DNA of 64,000 nucleotides from an uncultured bacterium (GTDB taxonomy: Bacteria > Babelota > Babeliae > Babelales > Babelaceae), in assembly GCA_963848965.1 (NCBI GenBank), contig CAWKFG010000004.1, positions 808,876 to 872,875 of the forward strand. Direction: 5' to 3'. This document shows positions 1 to 10,218 of the stretch, piece by piece (position 1 is the first letter of the stretch; every line of letters begins with the position of its first letter). The notes under the pieces were generated by a model. It ran no database searches. It saw only the letters and a program-made list of their open reading frames with translations, and had not been told where the DNA came from. The translations under genes and the position numbers were made by a program.

Positions 1-589
1 TAGGATAGTGTAACACTTCTACCACATATGAGCTTGCAGATGTTTGTACAGGCATAGGAACAAAGCGTGTTCCTGCAGAATACCATGTACTTGTTTCTTC
101 ATCGAGCCACGGTCTTATAAGTGTTAAAATACCATCTACAAGAACATTTTTAGAGAGATTTTTTGGTACAAAATTCTCAGCATACGGCTGTGGAATAGCA
201 GACAGGTTTCCTGCTTCTTTTAGATCTTTCAAATAACAAAGATTCTTTTCAAGTGTCCAAAACTCGTTGTATCGATTGCCAGCAACATCTTCCCAAAATG
301 CATTAGGCACTTGGCATTTTACTTGACCGTCTTTTTTTTCTACTACTCGTACAACTTCGTTAAATATAAGTTGATGAATTCTTTTGCATGTCTCAAGTTT
401 ATTACCCCAAGACACAGGAATTGCTGCATACTGCTCTTCAAGAGATTTTTCTAAAGAAAGAGCCTCTCCGGTCATATCTGCCACCGGTATTATAACAACT
501 GCTTCTTGAGAAAGTTCTTTGCTATCCCAATAGCCAGCATGAAGTATAAAAGGAATAAAAAGAGATAAAAGAAAACTATATCGTTTCAT
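1..589 (-). CDS. NlpC/P60-family secreted protein, 5' part (runs off window start); paralog of 31891-33096
   Basis: Manual translation MKRYSFLLSLFIPFILHAGYWDSKELSQEAVVIIPVAD...FNEVVRVVE...DGILTL...WYSAGTRFV matches AGYWD/FNEVVKVVE/DGILTL/WYSAGTRFV of 31891-33096; absent from ORF track. Confidence 0.8.
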   Translation of the reverse strand, partial: MKRYSFLLSLFIPFILHAGYWDSKELSQEAVVIIPVADMTGEALSLEKSLEEQYAAIPVSWGNKLETCKRIHQLIFNEVVRVVEKKDGQVKCQVPNAFWEDVAGNRYNEFWTLEKNLCYLKDLKEAGNLSAIPQPYAENFVPKNLSKNVLVDGILTLIRPWLDEETSTWYSAGTRFVPMPVQTSASSYVVEVLHYP

Positions 590-778
590 AGACTGTCCCT
601 TATTAAAAGTATTTCTAACTAAGCATAGGATAAATCATTACTTCGTCAAGGGAGTATTAGAAATGTGTTTCATGAACTTTTATAGAATTTTCAATTCATA
701 AAGTTATAGCATTAAACAATTATGAAAAGTTAGATCATACAAACCTTCTTTTTCGACTATTTTCTATCTGATATTTAA

Positions 779-807
779 TTGACAGTCATTAATATTAGGG
801 TTACTAT
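779..807 (+). promoter_or_regulatory. sigma70-type promoter of ankyrin family A gene
   Basis: TTGACA-17 bp-TACTAT; same context recurs at 3875, 10113 and 56388. Confidence 0.7.
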
Positions 808-937
808 TTACAAAAGACGTGCCAAATGTTTAAAGCACAGAAAGCATAATAAATTAGCTATTTATTTCATTCTGTTTTCATATTTTATTGAAAGCAACTA
901 CTAAATATAGTAATTGAGTAACTATTAAAGGATAGTT

Positions 938-2485
938 ATGACAAAAATCTTAATATATATAGGTTTAATAAATACTTCATTTTCCTTTTCTTTAGCTATG
1001 GAAAAAGAACAAAAATCTCTCTATTCAAAGTTTACTCTATTTTCAACAAAAAAGACGGATAATGCTCAAGATGATAGTGCTCGTACACCCTTAATGAATG
1101 CCGCAAAAGAGGGCAATAAGGAAAAAGTAGAAACATTATTAACCTACGAAGCACATGTTAACTCTCAAGATACTAAAGGTCGTACCGCCTTAATGCTTGC
1201 TGCAATTGATGGACATAAAGAAATAGTAGAAACACTGATAGCTCATAGGGCAGACGTTAACATACAAGATAACAAAGGTGGCACTGCCTTATATTGGGCT
1301 GCAGTTGATGGTCAAAAAGAAGTAGTAAAACTACTCTTAAATAGTGGCGCTGATAGTAATATCCCAGATAGCAATGGAGCAACTGCTTTAATGTATACTG
1401 CAGGGCAACATTATAAAGAAATAATAGAAATGCTTATTATCCATGGCACTTCTGTTAGTGCTCAAAATAGCTATAACAATACTGCCCTGCATTGGGCTGC
1501 AACCCATAATCAACCAGAGGTAGCAGAGTTGCTTATAACTTACGGTGCCCATGTTAATGCTCAAAATGAGGGGGGCGGAACACCATTAATGGCTGCTGCC
1601 GTAAATGGAAATGTGGAAGTACTTGCTGTACTTTTAGATAATGGTGCTAATCCGAATGATGGAGCGACTGATGATTATCACATATTGGCTTTGGCTGCAA
1701 AAGAAGGTCATTTCAACGTAGTAACTGCACTTTTAGAAAGAGGTGCTTCTATTAATACCCAAAGTATTTATAGGAAAACTGCCTTAATATACGCTGCAGA
1801 ATATGGACACAAGGAAATAGTAGCTCTTCTTATACAAAAAGGCGCTAATATTACTACTAAAGACGTTCGTGGATTCGATGCCTTGACAGCCGCAAAAGAA
1901 GGCGATACTCGTCAATTATTAGAACTTTGCACATTACAAGAAGTAAAAACTTACCTTATTAATCCACTAGAGTATATTAAAAGAGATAGCAATAGATTTA
2001 CCACAATTGGTAAAGGACAAACATGGCTCATGGTTGCATGTATCTATGGTCACGCTGATGTTATAGCTTTTTACAAGGACTACTCTCCTGACTATATTAA
2101 TATAAAAGATCAGTATGGGCTCACTGCTCTTGACTATGCTTGTAAGTATAATATTGATAGCGCCGCTATTTTGATTAATACTTTGGGTAAAAAAATTAAC
2201 CAATTAAATCTACAGCAAACGTTCTTCACCACTCTTACCTCTTATATCCCCTATTTTAATACCAATAAAAAGAATGAGCTTCTTAATCTTGCTGTAGAAA
2301 GGGGATATTTGCCACTCGTTAACGCTCTTTTAAGTATAGGAGCACAACCTACTATAGAGCTTGCTCAAAAAGCTCAAGAAAAAGGTTATTTAAAAATAAT
2401 GCTTAGACTTCTCTTTTTAACCCTTGCTTCTACCCCTAAATATAAAAGAGAACCCTATAATTCGCTCAGTGGTCTTTTTAAGTAA
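938..2485 (+). CDS. Secreted ankyrin-repeat protein, family A (conserved C-terminal domain ending LSGLFK)
   Basis: Signal peptide; repeated GxTAL/TPLxxAA..G..E.V..LL..GA units; C-terminal GQTWLMVAC...LLSIGAQPTIELAQ block. Confidence 0.92.
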   Translation: MTKILIYIGLINTSFSFSLAMEKEQKSLYSKFTLFSTKKTDNAQDDSARTPLMNAAKEGNKEKVETLLTYEAHVNSQDTKGRTALMLAAIDGHKEIVETLIAHRADVNIQDNKGGTALYWAAVDGQKEVVKLLLNSGADSNIPDSNGATALMYTAGQHYKEIIEMLIIHGTSVSAQNSYNNTALHWAATHNQPEVAELLITYGAHVNAQNEGGGTPLMAAAVNGNVEVLAVLLDNGANPNDGATDDYHILALAAKEGHFNVVTALLERGASINTQSIYRKTALIYAAEYGHKEIVALLIQKGANITTKDVRGFDALTAAKEGDTRQLLELCTLQEVKTYLINPLEYIKRDSNRFTTIGKGQTWLMVACIYGHADVIAFYKDYSPDYINIKDQYGLTALDYACKYNIDSAAILINTLGKKINQLNLQQTFFTTLTSYIPYFNTNKKNELLNLAVERGYLPLVNALLSIGAQPTIELAQKAQEKGYLKIMLRLLFLTLASTPKYKREPYNSLSGLFK

Positions 2486-2496
2486 TTTACTAGACA

Positions 2497-2748
2497 CTAG
2501 TCCTCAACGTCAACATCGTTAATTTCGTGCTTAAGGAGCGTCTGAAAGTAACGTTGAGATAGGTCATCTTGCGATAGTACTTTAAGAAACCAATCAGGAA
2601 ATTGTTTGATACCTGCTTCTACTAACTCTTTAAAGTTTGTAGTTGCACATTCAAAATCAAAGTCAGGAATAGGTACATCAGAATGAGAAAAATGTATTAA
2701 TTCGCCAAGAGAATAGTCTTTCCATGCAACTTGGTATAGAAGTTTAAT
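2497..2748 (-). pseudogene. Start-less 83-codon open frame, probable 3' gene remnant
   Basis: Reads IKLLYQVAWKDYSLGELIHFSH...EINDVDVED* with no start codon and an in-frame stop just upstream. Confidence 0.45.
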
Positions 2749-2774
2749 TCATAAGACTAGAGCATTGAAAAATT

Positions 2775-2797
2775 AAGGCCTAGCAAGTCTAGGCCTT
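2775..2797 (-). terminator. Intrinsic terminator of family B gene
   Basis: Hairpin AAGGCCTAG-n5-CTAGGCCTT just past the stop; same stem at 8063 and 9058. Confidence 0.7.
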
Positions 2798-2813
2798 CAT
2801 ATACTTACTACTT

Positions 2814-3662
2814 TTATTTGATTATCGGACACCTAACTTCAGAATATTTCCGTCGTGATTTTTCAAACAATCTACGAGCATACTCGTCAAATTTATCATA
2901 ATCCGTACCGTCTCTTAAAGCTCTTGTTGCAGTATTAATAAGGTTAAGCATCTCGTTTTGCTCAAGTAATCCAGTCTCTTTAGTGATATATTCTGCAGCA
3001 CTCCAACCAGCTATTAAATCAGCCTGAGCCTTATCTACAGATAAATTAAAATCTCTACCACTTTTTGTTGGTTTAGCAGGAACTCCCAAAATATATTCCG
3101 GCTTTATAGGTTCTTTCTTTGGTTCCTTTGATAAAAAGGCTTCTCTTGCACGTACAAATATATCTCCAAGTAACTTGCAGCTATCAAGAGGTATAACAGC
3201 ACCAATATTACTACTACCGATATTACTGATGTCAATCGCCTTAAAATCAACACTGTAAGGTATAAAGCTAGATCCAGATAATGTCATTTCTACACCAAAA
3301 GCGTTCCGCCCCTTCTCTTTCATAGTATTTTTTATCCTTTCAGCATAGTCTTCTGTCTTTAAGAATCCTAAACTCCATACTTCAGGATCTGTATATTGCC
3401 ATCCTACACCATGAGGACTTAATTTAAGTGAAGTAATTGCTTCTAGACCGTTAATCCAAATAACTTCTTCTGGATATATAACTCGACGGAGATTCGCGCC
3501 TCTAAATTGTTCCTTAAGATATTGATACGTTACAACCACTGCGTCTGGCCTTTTATTTCTTATGAAAAGTCTTGCTTCATCACGAGGTTCTGGTTGCATA
3601 CCATATACAGTAAAAGCTATACCTACGCAGAACATATTTATTATAAATAGAAACTTTTTCAT
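2814..3662 (-). CDS. Secreted protein family B (C-terminal HPD-less J-domain-like region)
   Basis: Start MKKFLF after GGAG; family motifs LFIRN, RVIYPEEVIWI, LSPHG, PEYILGVP. Confidence 0.8.
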   Translation of the reverse strand: MKKFLFIINMFCVGIAFTVYGMQPEPRDEARLFIRNKRPDAVVVTYQYLKEQFRGANLRRVIYPEEVIWINGLEAITSLKLSPHGVGWQYTDPEVWSLGFLKTEDYAERIKNTMKEKGRNAFGVEMTLSGSSFIPYSVDFKAIDISNIGSSNIGAVIPLDSCKLLGDIFVRAREAFLSKEPKKEPIKPEYILGVPAKPTKSGRDFNLSVDKAQADLIAGWSAAEYITKETGLLEQNEMLNLINTATRALRDGTDYDKFDEYARRLFEKSRRKYSEVRCPIIK

Positions 3663-3874
3663 ATTTTCTCCCAATTTTACAGTTATATTTATATTAATTA
3701 TAATTGTATATAAGAAGTATAATCAAGAGTTCTATCTTCTACTAAAGAACAGTTGCTTTAAAAAGACTTGATTAAAGGCTTTTATTGAGCTTGGCAAAGA
3801 AGATTGATAAGAGGATAAAGATACGTTTAAGATAAAAAGCTTTTTCTTGCGTTTGGTTTCTATCTGAAATTTAA

Positions 3875-3903
3875 TTGACAGTCATTAATTTTAGGGCTAC
3901 TAT
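3875..3903 (+). promoter_or_regulatory. sigma70-type promoter of ankyrin family A gene
   Basis: TTGACA-17 bp-TACTAT, near-identical to 779-807. Confidence 0.7.
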
Positions 3904-4045
3904 TTACAAAAGATATACCAAATTTTTAAAATACAGAGGAAATAACAGTAGATTATGCTTGCTTTCTGGTTCGGCTTTACTATTACTTATCTCCGTTCAA
4001 TTAATTATTAAATGAAAGACATACTAACGGAGTAAACACTAAAGG

Positions 4046-5704
4046 ATGATCATGATAAAAAATTTAATATACATAAGCTTAATAAGCACATTATTTTCTT
4101 TTTCTCAAGCAATGGAAAAAGCCAGAACAAACCTAAAGTTCCAAACAGATCAAGCTCCACACTTAAAAAAAGAGATCACCAGTAACACCAAAAATAATGA
4201 TAATCGCACACCCCTCATGAAGGCTGCAAAGAACGGCCTTAAAGAAACTGTTAACGCATTGCTAGTACAATGCAATAACGTTAATGCTAAAGACCTTAAA
4301 GATCGTACTGCCCTCATGTTTGCTGCAAAGTTAGGTCACACAGAGATAGTAAAATTGCTACTTGATAATAGTGCGGATATTAATACTCAAGACCGATATG
4401 GCCAGACCGCTCTACATCGAGCCGCATCTCATAATAAAAAAGAAGTTGTAGAATTACTTTTAAGTAAAGGTGCTGATTACAATATTCAAGATCTCTTTGA
4501 TGGTATGACTGCTTTAATATGCGCTACAAGATATGGGCACAAAGAAATTGTAGAATTTTTTTTAGATAATGGTGCTAATATCAATGCTCAAAATAGGAAT
4601 GGTAACACTCCTTTGCATTGGGCTGCAGGATATGGTTGTAAAGAAGTAGTAGAACTGCTTTTAACTAAAGGTGCTGATTACGGTATTCAAAACAATGACA
4701 ATATGACTGCGTTGATGGATGCTGCAGCGCAAGGCTATAAAGAAATAGTAGAAATACTTATAACTCATGGTGCTGATATCAATGTTCAAGATAAGCACGG
4801 TAACACTGCTTTACATTGGGCTGCAGCCAAAAACCGAGTAGAAGCAATAAAACTGCTTTTAAGTAAAGGAGCAGATATCAATACTCGAACTCATGATAAT
4901 AGAACTCCTTTAATACGTGCTGCGTTCTCAGGTAAAGAGAAAGCAGTTGCTACGCTCTTAGATGCAGGTGCAGATATTCATGCTCAAAATAATCGCGCCT
5001 TAACGAACGCAGCAAACCGCGGATATAAGAAGATAGTAGTTCTTCTTATAAAAAAAGGAGCTGACCTTACTAGTATAAAGCATGACCTAACATTCGCTGA
5101 GAAAGGAGAAACTCAACAACTCTTAGAGCTTTGCATTTTACCAGAAGTAAAAGCCTATCTGAGTAACCCAATGGAATATGTTAAAAAAGATACTAATAGA
5201 TTCTCTACCATTGGCAAAGGACAAACGTGGCTTATGGTTGCATGTATCTTTGGTCATACTGATGTTATATCCTTCTACAAAGATTATACCCCACAGTATG
5301 CTAATATAAAAGATAATTATGGTCGTACAGCTTTTGATTATGCTTATACCTATAATCTCAATAGTGTTGCTACTCTTATTAACATTTTTGGTACAAAAAT
5401 TAGCCAATTAGATCCTCAACAGACTTCACGCTTTACTACTCTTATCGCTTATATTCCCTATCTTGGAGCTAAAATTAAGACTTATAAAAAAGAAGAACTC
5501 CTTAAGTTAGCAGTAGATAGAGGAAACTTGTTTCTTGTTAATGCTCTTTTAAGTATAGGAGCACAACCTACTATAGAACTTGCTCAAGCGGCAAAAGACA
5601 GCGGTTACTTAAAAGTAATGCATAGACTGCTTTTTTTAACCCTTGCTTCCATTCCTGAATATAAAAGAGAGCCATATAATTCGCTCAGTGGTCTCTTCAA
5701 GTAA
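4046..5704 (+). CDS. Secreted ankyrin-repeat protein, family A
   Basis: About 9 ankyrin repeats plus the family A C-terminal domain ending LSGLFK. Confidence 0.92.
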   Translation: MIMIKNLIYISLISTLFSFSQAMEKARTNLKFQTDQAPHLKKEITSNTKNNDNRTPLMKAAKNGLKETVNALLVQCNNVNAKDLKDRTALMFAAKLGHTEIVKLLLDNSADINTQDRYGQTALHRAASHNKKEVVELLLSKGADYNIQDLFDGMTALICATRYGHKEIVEFFLDNGANINAQNRNGNTPLHWAAGYGCKEVVELLLTKGADYGIQNNDNMTALMDAAAQGYKEIVEILITHGADINVQDKHGNTALHWAAAKNRVEAIKLLLSKGADINTRTHDNRTPLIRAAFSGKEKAVATLLDAGADIHAQNNRALTNAANRGYKKIVVLLIKKGADLTSIKHDLTFAEKGETQQLLELCILPEVKAYLSNPMEYVKKDTNRFSTIGKGQTWLMVACIFGHTDVISFYKDYTPQYANIKDNYGRTAFDYAYTYNLNSVATLINIFGTKISQLDPQQTSRFTTLIAYIPYLGAKIKTYKKEELLKLAVDRGNLFLVNALLSIGAQPTIELAQAAKDSGYLKVMHRLLFLTLASIPEYKREPYNSLSGLFK

Positions 5705-6029
5705 TTTTATACATGACTGACACTGAAGAATAACTATGATAAAGATTTTACTTTGTATAGGCCTACTGAGTACACTATTTTCTTTGTAAGCTTTAATCTA
5801 TTCTGCTATTAATAAAAGGTATAAAGCTCTAGATAGCATTTTACAAACGTTTCTATCCTCGCCACCCTTACTATATTTAGACAAATTGAATCAAAAATAA
5901 CAAAAAGCCCGGCAATACTGGTTTTAAATTTTTTATAAATCTTTTCTATTTAAATTGCAAAAAGACGCTTTTTTTATTATGCTTACTTAGGTACAATATA
6001 TTATTTAGCTAATTAACACAAGGATAACA

Positions 6030-6974
6030 ATGATTTGGCTTTCTAAAAAGTTTTTGTTTATTTATTTTATAGCTTATCCATACTCCAGTATGCTTACTGC
6101 TAATCCCTGTAGAATAACTACAATCACTAAAGAGAACGGTCAAATCATTTATCTGCTATCTGATTGGAAAGAAGAATCTACTGAAACTCATCAAATGAGA
6201 TTTCCCGAGCTCATAGAGCGTCTAAAAGCACTTGAAGATTCTGCCCAACAAGGTCTTCATATTTTTATAGCAAGTCCATCCACATGCTTTTTGAGTAGGC
6301 AATTAGCTGTTTTAGCAAAGCTAATTGAATCTGCCCAAAAGCTTAATTTGAAAAAATCTACTATTGAAAACATCAATGCAAAAAGCTGCATACCTACTTT
6401 TAACTTAATTGCTTCTTGCTATCCACATATAGAATCTCTTAATTTAGCATCTGCTGAAGTTAACACTTGTGCACAAGAACTATTTGGATATAGCTTTGAT
6501 AAGCTAAGCTTTCAAACTATAATAGAAGAATTGGAGCATAATATAGATACTTTTGAAAGCTATAAAAAAAACTGTGATAATCCTTTTATTAAAGAAATAC
6601 TAAAAACTAACTTACCTATATGTAGAGAGTTTATCAGTTCATCAAAATGGATCCTTGAAGAAGAAATAATGATTAATTTAAAAAAAAAACTTATAGAAGC
6701 ACTTCCAGCCTTTAATGATGAATCTCATCAGTGTCGATTTAGGCTCACATTTACATTACTATCAGAAATAAGCTCTACTCTTTCTAGTCTTTACATAATC
6801 TCTCGAATTAATACTTTTTCAAATTATGCAAAAGTTATTATTACTGCTGAAAATGATCGCATTGATAAAATTACTGCATTACTTGTCACTACTTTCTCTA
6901 CTCTTAAAACACAAAGTATAGTAATACCAAGAGAGCTATTTAATGACACATTTTTACGCTTATTATCTTCCTAG
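6030..6974 (+). CDS. Secreted family C protein (TraB/Tiki/EreA-like), motifs degenerate
   Basis: Paralog of 7032-8015; D-x-H replaced by SDWK and GGxH replaced by AEND. Confidence 0.6.
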   Translation: MIWLSKKFLFIYFIAYPYSSMLTANPCRITTITKENGQIIYLLSDWKEESTETHQMRFPELIERLKALEDSAQQGLHIFIASPSTCFLSRQLAVLAKLIESAQKLNLKKSTIENINAKSCIPTFNLIASCYPHIESLNLASAEVNTCAQELFGYSFDKLSFQTIIEELEHNIDTFESYKKNCDNPFIKEILKTNLPICREFISSSKWILEEEIMINLKKKLIEALPAFNDESHQCRFRLTFTLLSEISSTLSSLYIISRINTFSNYAKVIITAENDRIDKITALLVTTFSTLKTQSIVIPRELFNDTFLRLLSS

Positions 6975-7031
6975 TCCTCTTAAAATTATAACTAAATAGC
7001 AAACTTCTTTAAGAAATAGAAAGGACGAAAA

Positions 7032-8015
7032 ATGCTTTTATTTTCTAAAAATCTTTTTTTTGCTTATCTACTAGCAATCATTTTCTCACCTTTACTTACC
7101 GCTACATTATATAGAATAACTAAAGTTATTAAACAAAATGGCCAAGTCATTTACTTTTTCTCTGATCACCATGAACTTGATAATACAAAGCGTAACGAAA
7201 TCAATCAAAAACAGTTAGATAAATTCGTTGATATCATAGCAAAAGCAGAAGTATCTTCTGAAAAAGGTCTTTATATACTTATAGAATCTGGCTCTTGTCT
7301 TTATGTGCATCAACCTGGCGTTATAATAACACTCATGAAGAAATGTAAAGAATTAAACTTGAAAAAGACAGTTATTGAAAACATTGACATAAGACAAAGG
7401 TCAAGAGCAGCTCATTTTCTAATGGCTAACTCCTTTAATATTGGATCGTTGGATTTTGAATCTTCTGAATTAATCACTAGTGCACATGAATCATATGGAT
7501 GCCGTCTTGATAAATTCACTTCTAAAGAGATATTTGATGAATTTAATTCTCATATCATCACTCTTACCAATTATGCAAACACTTGTAATAATCCACTGCT
7601 TAAGGCTGAATTTGATGAAAAGATAGAAACTTGCCAAAAAAAAATATCCCAACTTAAACATATTTTAGAGAAAGAATTTGAATTTGATTTAAGAAAATAC
7701 TTTTTAGAATCGTTATTACAGTGCACTTCTCCTAAGGTTAATCTTAGAACTATAGAATATATATCTAAACTAATTTTAGAGATTGGTGTCCCCCTTATGG
7801 ATCTTTATACAATTTTACGTATTCATACCCTCGAAAATGTTCCTGAACTTATAGTCATCGCTGGAGGTACCCATATTGCAAATGTGATCTCAATGCTTGT
7901 TAAAAGCTCTATTACACTTGACGTAAAAAACATAAGCATACCGAAAAAATATTTTGTTGAAGCTCCTTTTGACTTGCTTACAGGCTCTTCAGTGAGTAAA
8001 GTACACCAAAAATAG
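7032..8015 (+). CDS. Secreted family C protein (TraB/Tiki/EreA/ChaN-like putative metalloenzyme)
   Basis: Motifs YFFSDHH, ILIE, ENIDIR, IAGGTHI. Confidence 0.6.
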   Translation: MLLFSKNLFFAYLLAIIFSPLLTATLYRITKVIKQNGQVIYFFSDHHELDNTKRNEINQKQLDKFVDIIAKAEVSSEKGLYILIESGSCLYVHQPGVIITLMKKCKELNLKKTVIENIDIRQRSRAAHFLMANSFNIGSLDFESSELITSAHESYGCRLDKFTSKEIFDEFNSHIITLTNYANTCNNPLLKAEFDEKIETCQKKISQLKHILEKEFEFDLRKYFLESLLQCTSPKVNLRTIEYISKLILEIGVPLMDLYTILRIHTLENVPELIVIAGGTHIANVISMLVKSSITLDVKNISIPKKYFVEAPFDLLTGSSVSKVHQK

Positions 8016-8062
8016 TTAATAATCTTTGCCCTCGTTCACAGCAAGCTTGAAACAGATTGAAA

Positions 8063-8086
8063 AAGGCCTAGTAAAAAATAGGCCTT
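8063..8086. terminator. Intrinsic terminator between convergent genes
   Basis: AAGGCCTA-n8-TAGGCCTT. Confidence 0.65.
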
Positions 8087-8104
8087 AAAGCGTTCATAAT
8101 GCTA

Positions 8105-8998
8105 TTAAATACGACAAGATTTATCCAAAGCTTCTTTTGATTCAGCAAATAAGTTACGCGCAATTGTCACGAATTTTGCCAATTCTTCTTGTACTGTGGC
8201 ACCTGTAGATCTTAAAGTCCTATAAGCAGCACGAATAAGTTCTCCTAATTTCTTTTTACTAATTAATCCTGCCCCTTCACCATATTTTGCCGCTTCCCAA
8301 CCAGAGCTTAAATCTTCAACAGCCAGGTCTACTGATATCTTATAATCTGGATTCATTGTACTTGGCTTAGGTGGAACTCCCAAAATATATTCTGGTCTGA
8401 TGTCTTTTTTATCGTCAAAAACTTCCCCTGCACGAGTAAATATATCTCCAAGCCACTTACACCTTATAAGGGAGATAACGCGCGCAATATCAATAGTGTC
8501 CTTTTCATGAGTATCAACTTTATAACTCAGATAAGCATATCCAGATATTGTAATCTCTACTCCTCCTACGCGAGAAATCTTGCTTTGTATTTCTGTAGCA
8601 TAATCTTTTCCTGGTATCATACCTAAAGTTAATAATTTAGGATCTGCCAATTGCTTTACATCACCATGAGGACTCAGTTTAAGTGAAGTAATCATAGAAG
8701 GGCCACCAATCCAAATAACTTCTTGTGGGTAAACAACCCGTTGTAAAACAAGATCTTTAAGTTCTGGGACATTACCATACTGATAGGCTACACGTATAGC
8801 ATCCGTCCTATTATTCTTTATAAAGAGTCTACCAGGTCGCTCTATGCGTCTAGGGGGTTCGTCTCCCCTTCTCGGTTCAACTACTCTTTCTTCAGCTATT
8901 GGCTCAGCTGCCCTTTTTTCTTCAGCAGGTGCCATACAATACAAGTTTTGACCTATACCCACAAGAAATAAACTTATAATAAATAGAAATTTCTTCAC
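8105..8998 (-). CDS. Secreted protein family B
   Basis: LFIKNNRTDA, LSPHG, RPEYILGVP, LIRAAYRTL. Confidence 0.8.
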   Translation of the reverse strand: MKKFLFIISLFLVGIGQNLYCMAPAEEKRAAEPIAEERVVEPRRGDEPPRRIERPGRLFIKNNRTDAIRVAYQYGNVPELKDLVLQRVVYPQEVIWIGGPSMITSLKLSPHGDVKQLADPKLLTLGMIPGKDYATEIQSKISRVGGVEITISGYAYLSYKVDTHEKDTIDIARVISLIRCKWLGDIFTRAGEVFDDKKDIRPEYILGVPPKPSTMNPDYKISVDLAVEDLSSGWEAAKYGEGAGLISKKKLGELIRAAYRTLRSTGATVQEELAKFVTIARNLFAESKEALDKSCRI

Positions 8999-9057
8999 AT
9001 TCTCTCCTTATTTTAAGGAAGCGTTAATGTATACACAGTCAAATAAAAGACTGTAGA

Positions 9058-9079
9058 AAGGCCTAGTAACCTAGGCCTT
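9058..9079 (-). terminator. Intrinsic terminator of family B gene
   Basis: AAGGCCTAG-n4-CTAGGCCTT. Confidence 0.65.
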
Positions 9080-9086
9080 CAATATC

Positions 9087-9935
9087 TTATATACGTTTAG
9101 GAGGAGCAGCAGGAGCTTTAACTGGAATCTCACAAGCGGCTTTTGTAAATGATTCTTGTGATTCTTCGAATAATGTACGAGCACGTTTTTTAAAGTCAGC
9201 TATTCGTTGACCACCAAGTCTTAAAGCTGAATAAGCAAGCCCAATAAGTTCACCTAACTTCTTTTTATCAAGCAAGCCTGCGCCAGATTTGTAATTAGCA
9301 TCAGCCCAAGCAGCTTGCAAATTGCTATGTGCTTCATCTACAGATGTTTCGTAGTCTTTTATTGCCTTTGTGCCACTCGTTGGTTTTGATGGAACTCCAA
9401 GGATATATTCTGGCTTTATATCTTGAGCCTTTTCAAACGCTATCTTTGCGCGTGTAAATATATCTCCAAGCCACTTACATCTTATAAGAGGAATCATAGA
9501 TACGATATTATTAGAAGATGGATTTACAGTAACATTATAGCGCATAGCTATAAACCCAGATATAGTCATTTCCACTCCCCCTTGACCAGAAATACTTCCT
9601 TTTACCTCTAGAGCATAATCTTTTCCTGGTATCATACCAAAAGTTAGTGTTTCTGGACTTGTATATTGCATTACTTCGCCATGAGCGCTTAATTTAAGTG
9701 TAGCAATTTGTTCAGGATTACCAATCCAAATAACTTCTTCTGGATATACAACACGTTGCAGAGCAACTCCTCTAAAACCTTCACGATCATATCCATATGT
9801 CACGAGCACAGCATCTGATCTGTTATTTCTGATAAAAAGCCTACTGCCTTCTCTAGGCTCAGCTGGTTCCATACTATACATAGTAAAGGCCGCACCAACA
9901 AAGAATAAACTTACGATAAATATGAATTTATTCAT
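9087..9935 (-). CDS. Secreted protein family B
   Basis: LFIRNNRSDA, LSAHG, KPEYILGVP, LIGLAYSAL. Confidence 0.8.
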   Translation of the reverse strand: MNKFIFIVSLFFVGAAFTMYSMEPAEPREGSRLFIRNNRSDAVLVTYGYDREGFRGVALQRVVYPEEVIWIGNPEQIATLKLSAHGEVMQYTSPETLTFGMIPGKDYALEVKGSISGQGGVEMTISGFIAMRYNVTVNPSSNNIVSMIPLIRCKWLGDIFTRAKIAFEKAQDIKPEYILGVPSKPTSGTKAIKDYETSVDEAHSNLQAAWADANYKSGAGLLDKKKLGELIGLAYSALRLGGQRIADFKKRARTLFEESQESFTKAACEIPVKAPAAPPKRI

Positions 9936-10112
9936 ACTTTCTCCTTATTTAATGATATTTTATATTAATTATAATTATAAATATTTGAGTAAAAAAGAAT
10001 CAATAATTTTCTTATAAATTACCCTCTTCTTTTACCTTTAAAGTTAATTTGGAGTCATATTTTAAGCATGTAGTTCTTATAAAATGTCAAATCTTTATAA
10101 TTCAAATGTGCA

Positions 10113-10141
10113 TTGACATTTTTTTATTTTCTTATTACTAT
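10113..10141 (+). promoter_or_regulatory. sigma70-type promoter of ankyrin family A gene
   Basis: TTGACA-17 bp-TACTAT followed by TTACAAAG, similar to the other copies. Confidence 0.65.
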
Positions 10142-10218
10142 TTACAAAGTATAATTTTACTTTGATTAATATGTTTTCCTAAAACTTAAATACTATTCAA
10201 AACAACATTAAGGATGAT

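Noticed and set aside
1967..2203. Recurring antisense ORFs (also 5138, 45395, 57720) that resemble each other
   Set aside because: They are shadows of the conserved ankyrin family A C-terminal coding sequence.
2814..2840. C-terminal Cys of family B proteins (CPIIK, CRI, CKIE) as CaaX
   Set aside because: Cys is not consistently at -4 and the residues do not fit CaaX; more likely a disulfide partner of the conserved internal Cys.
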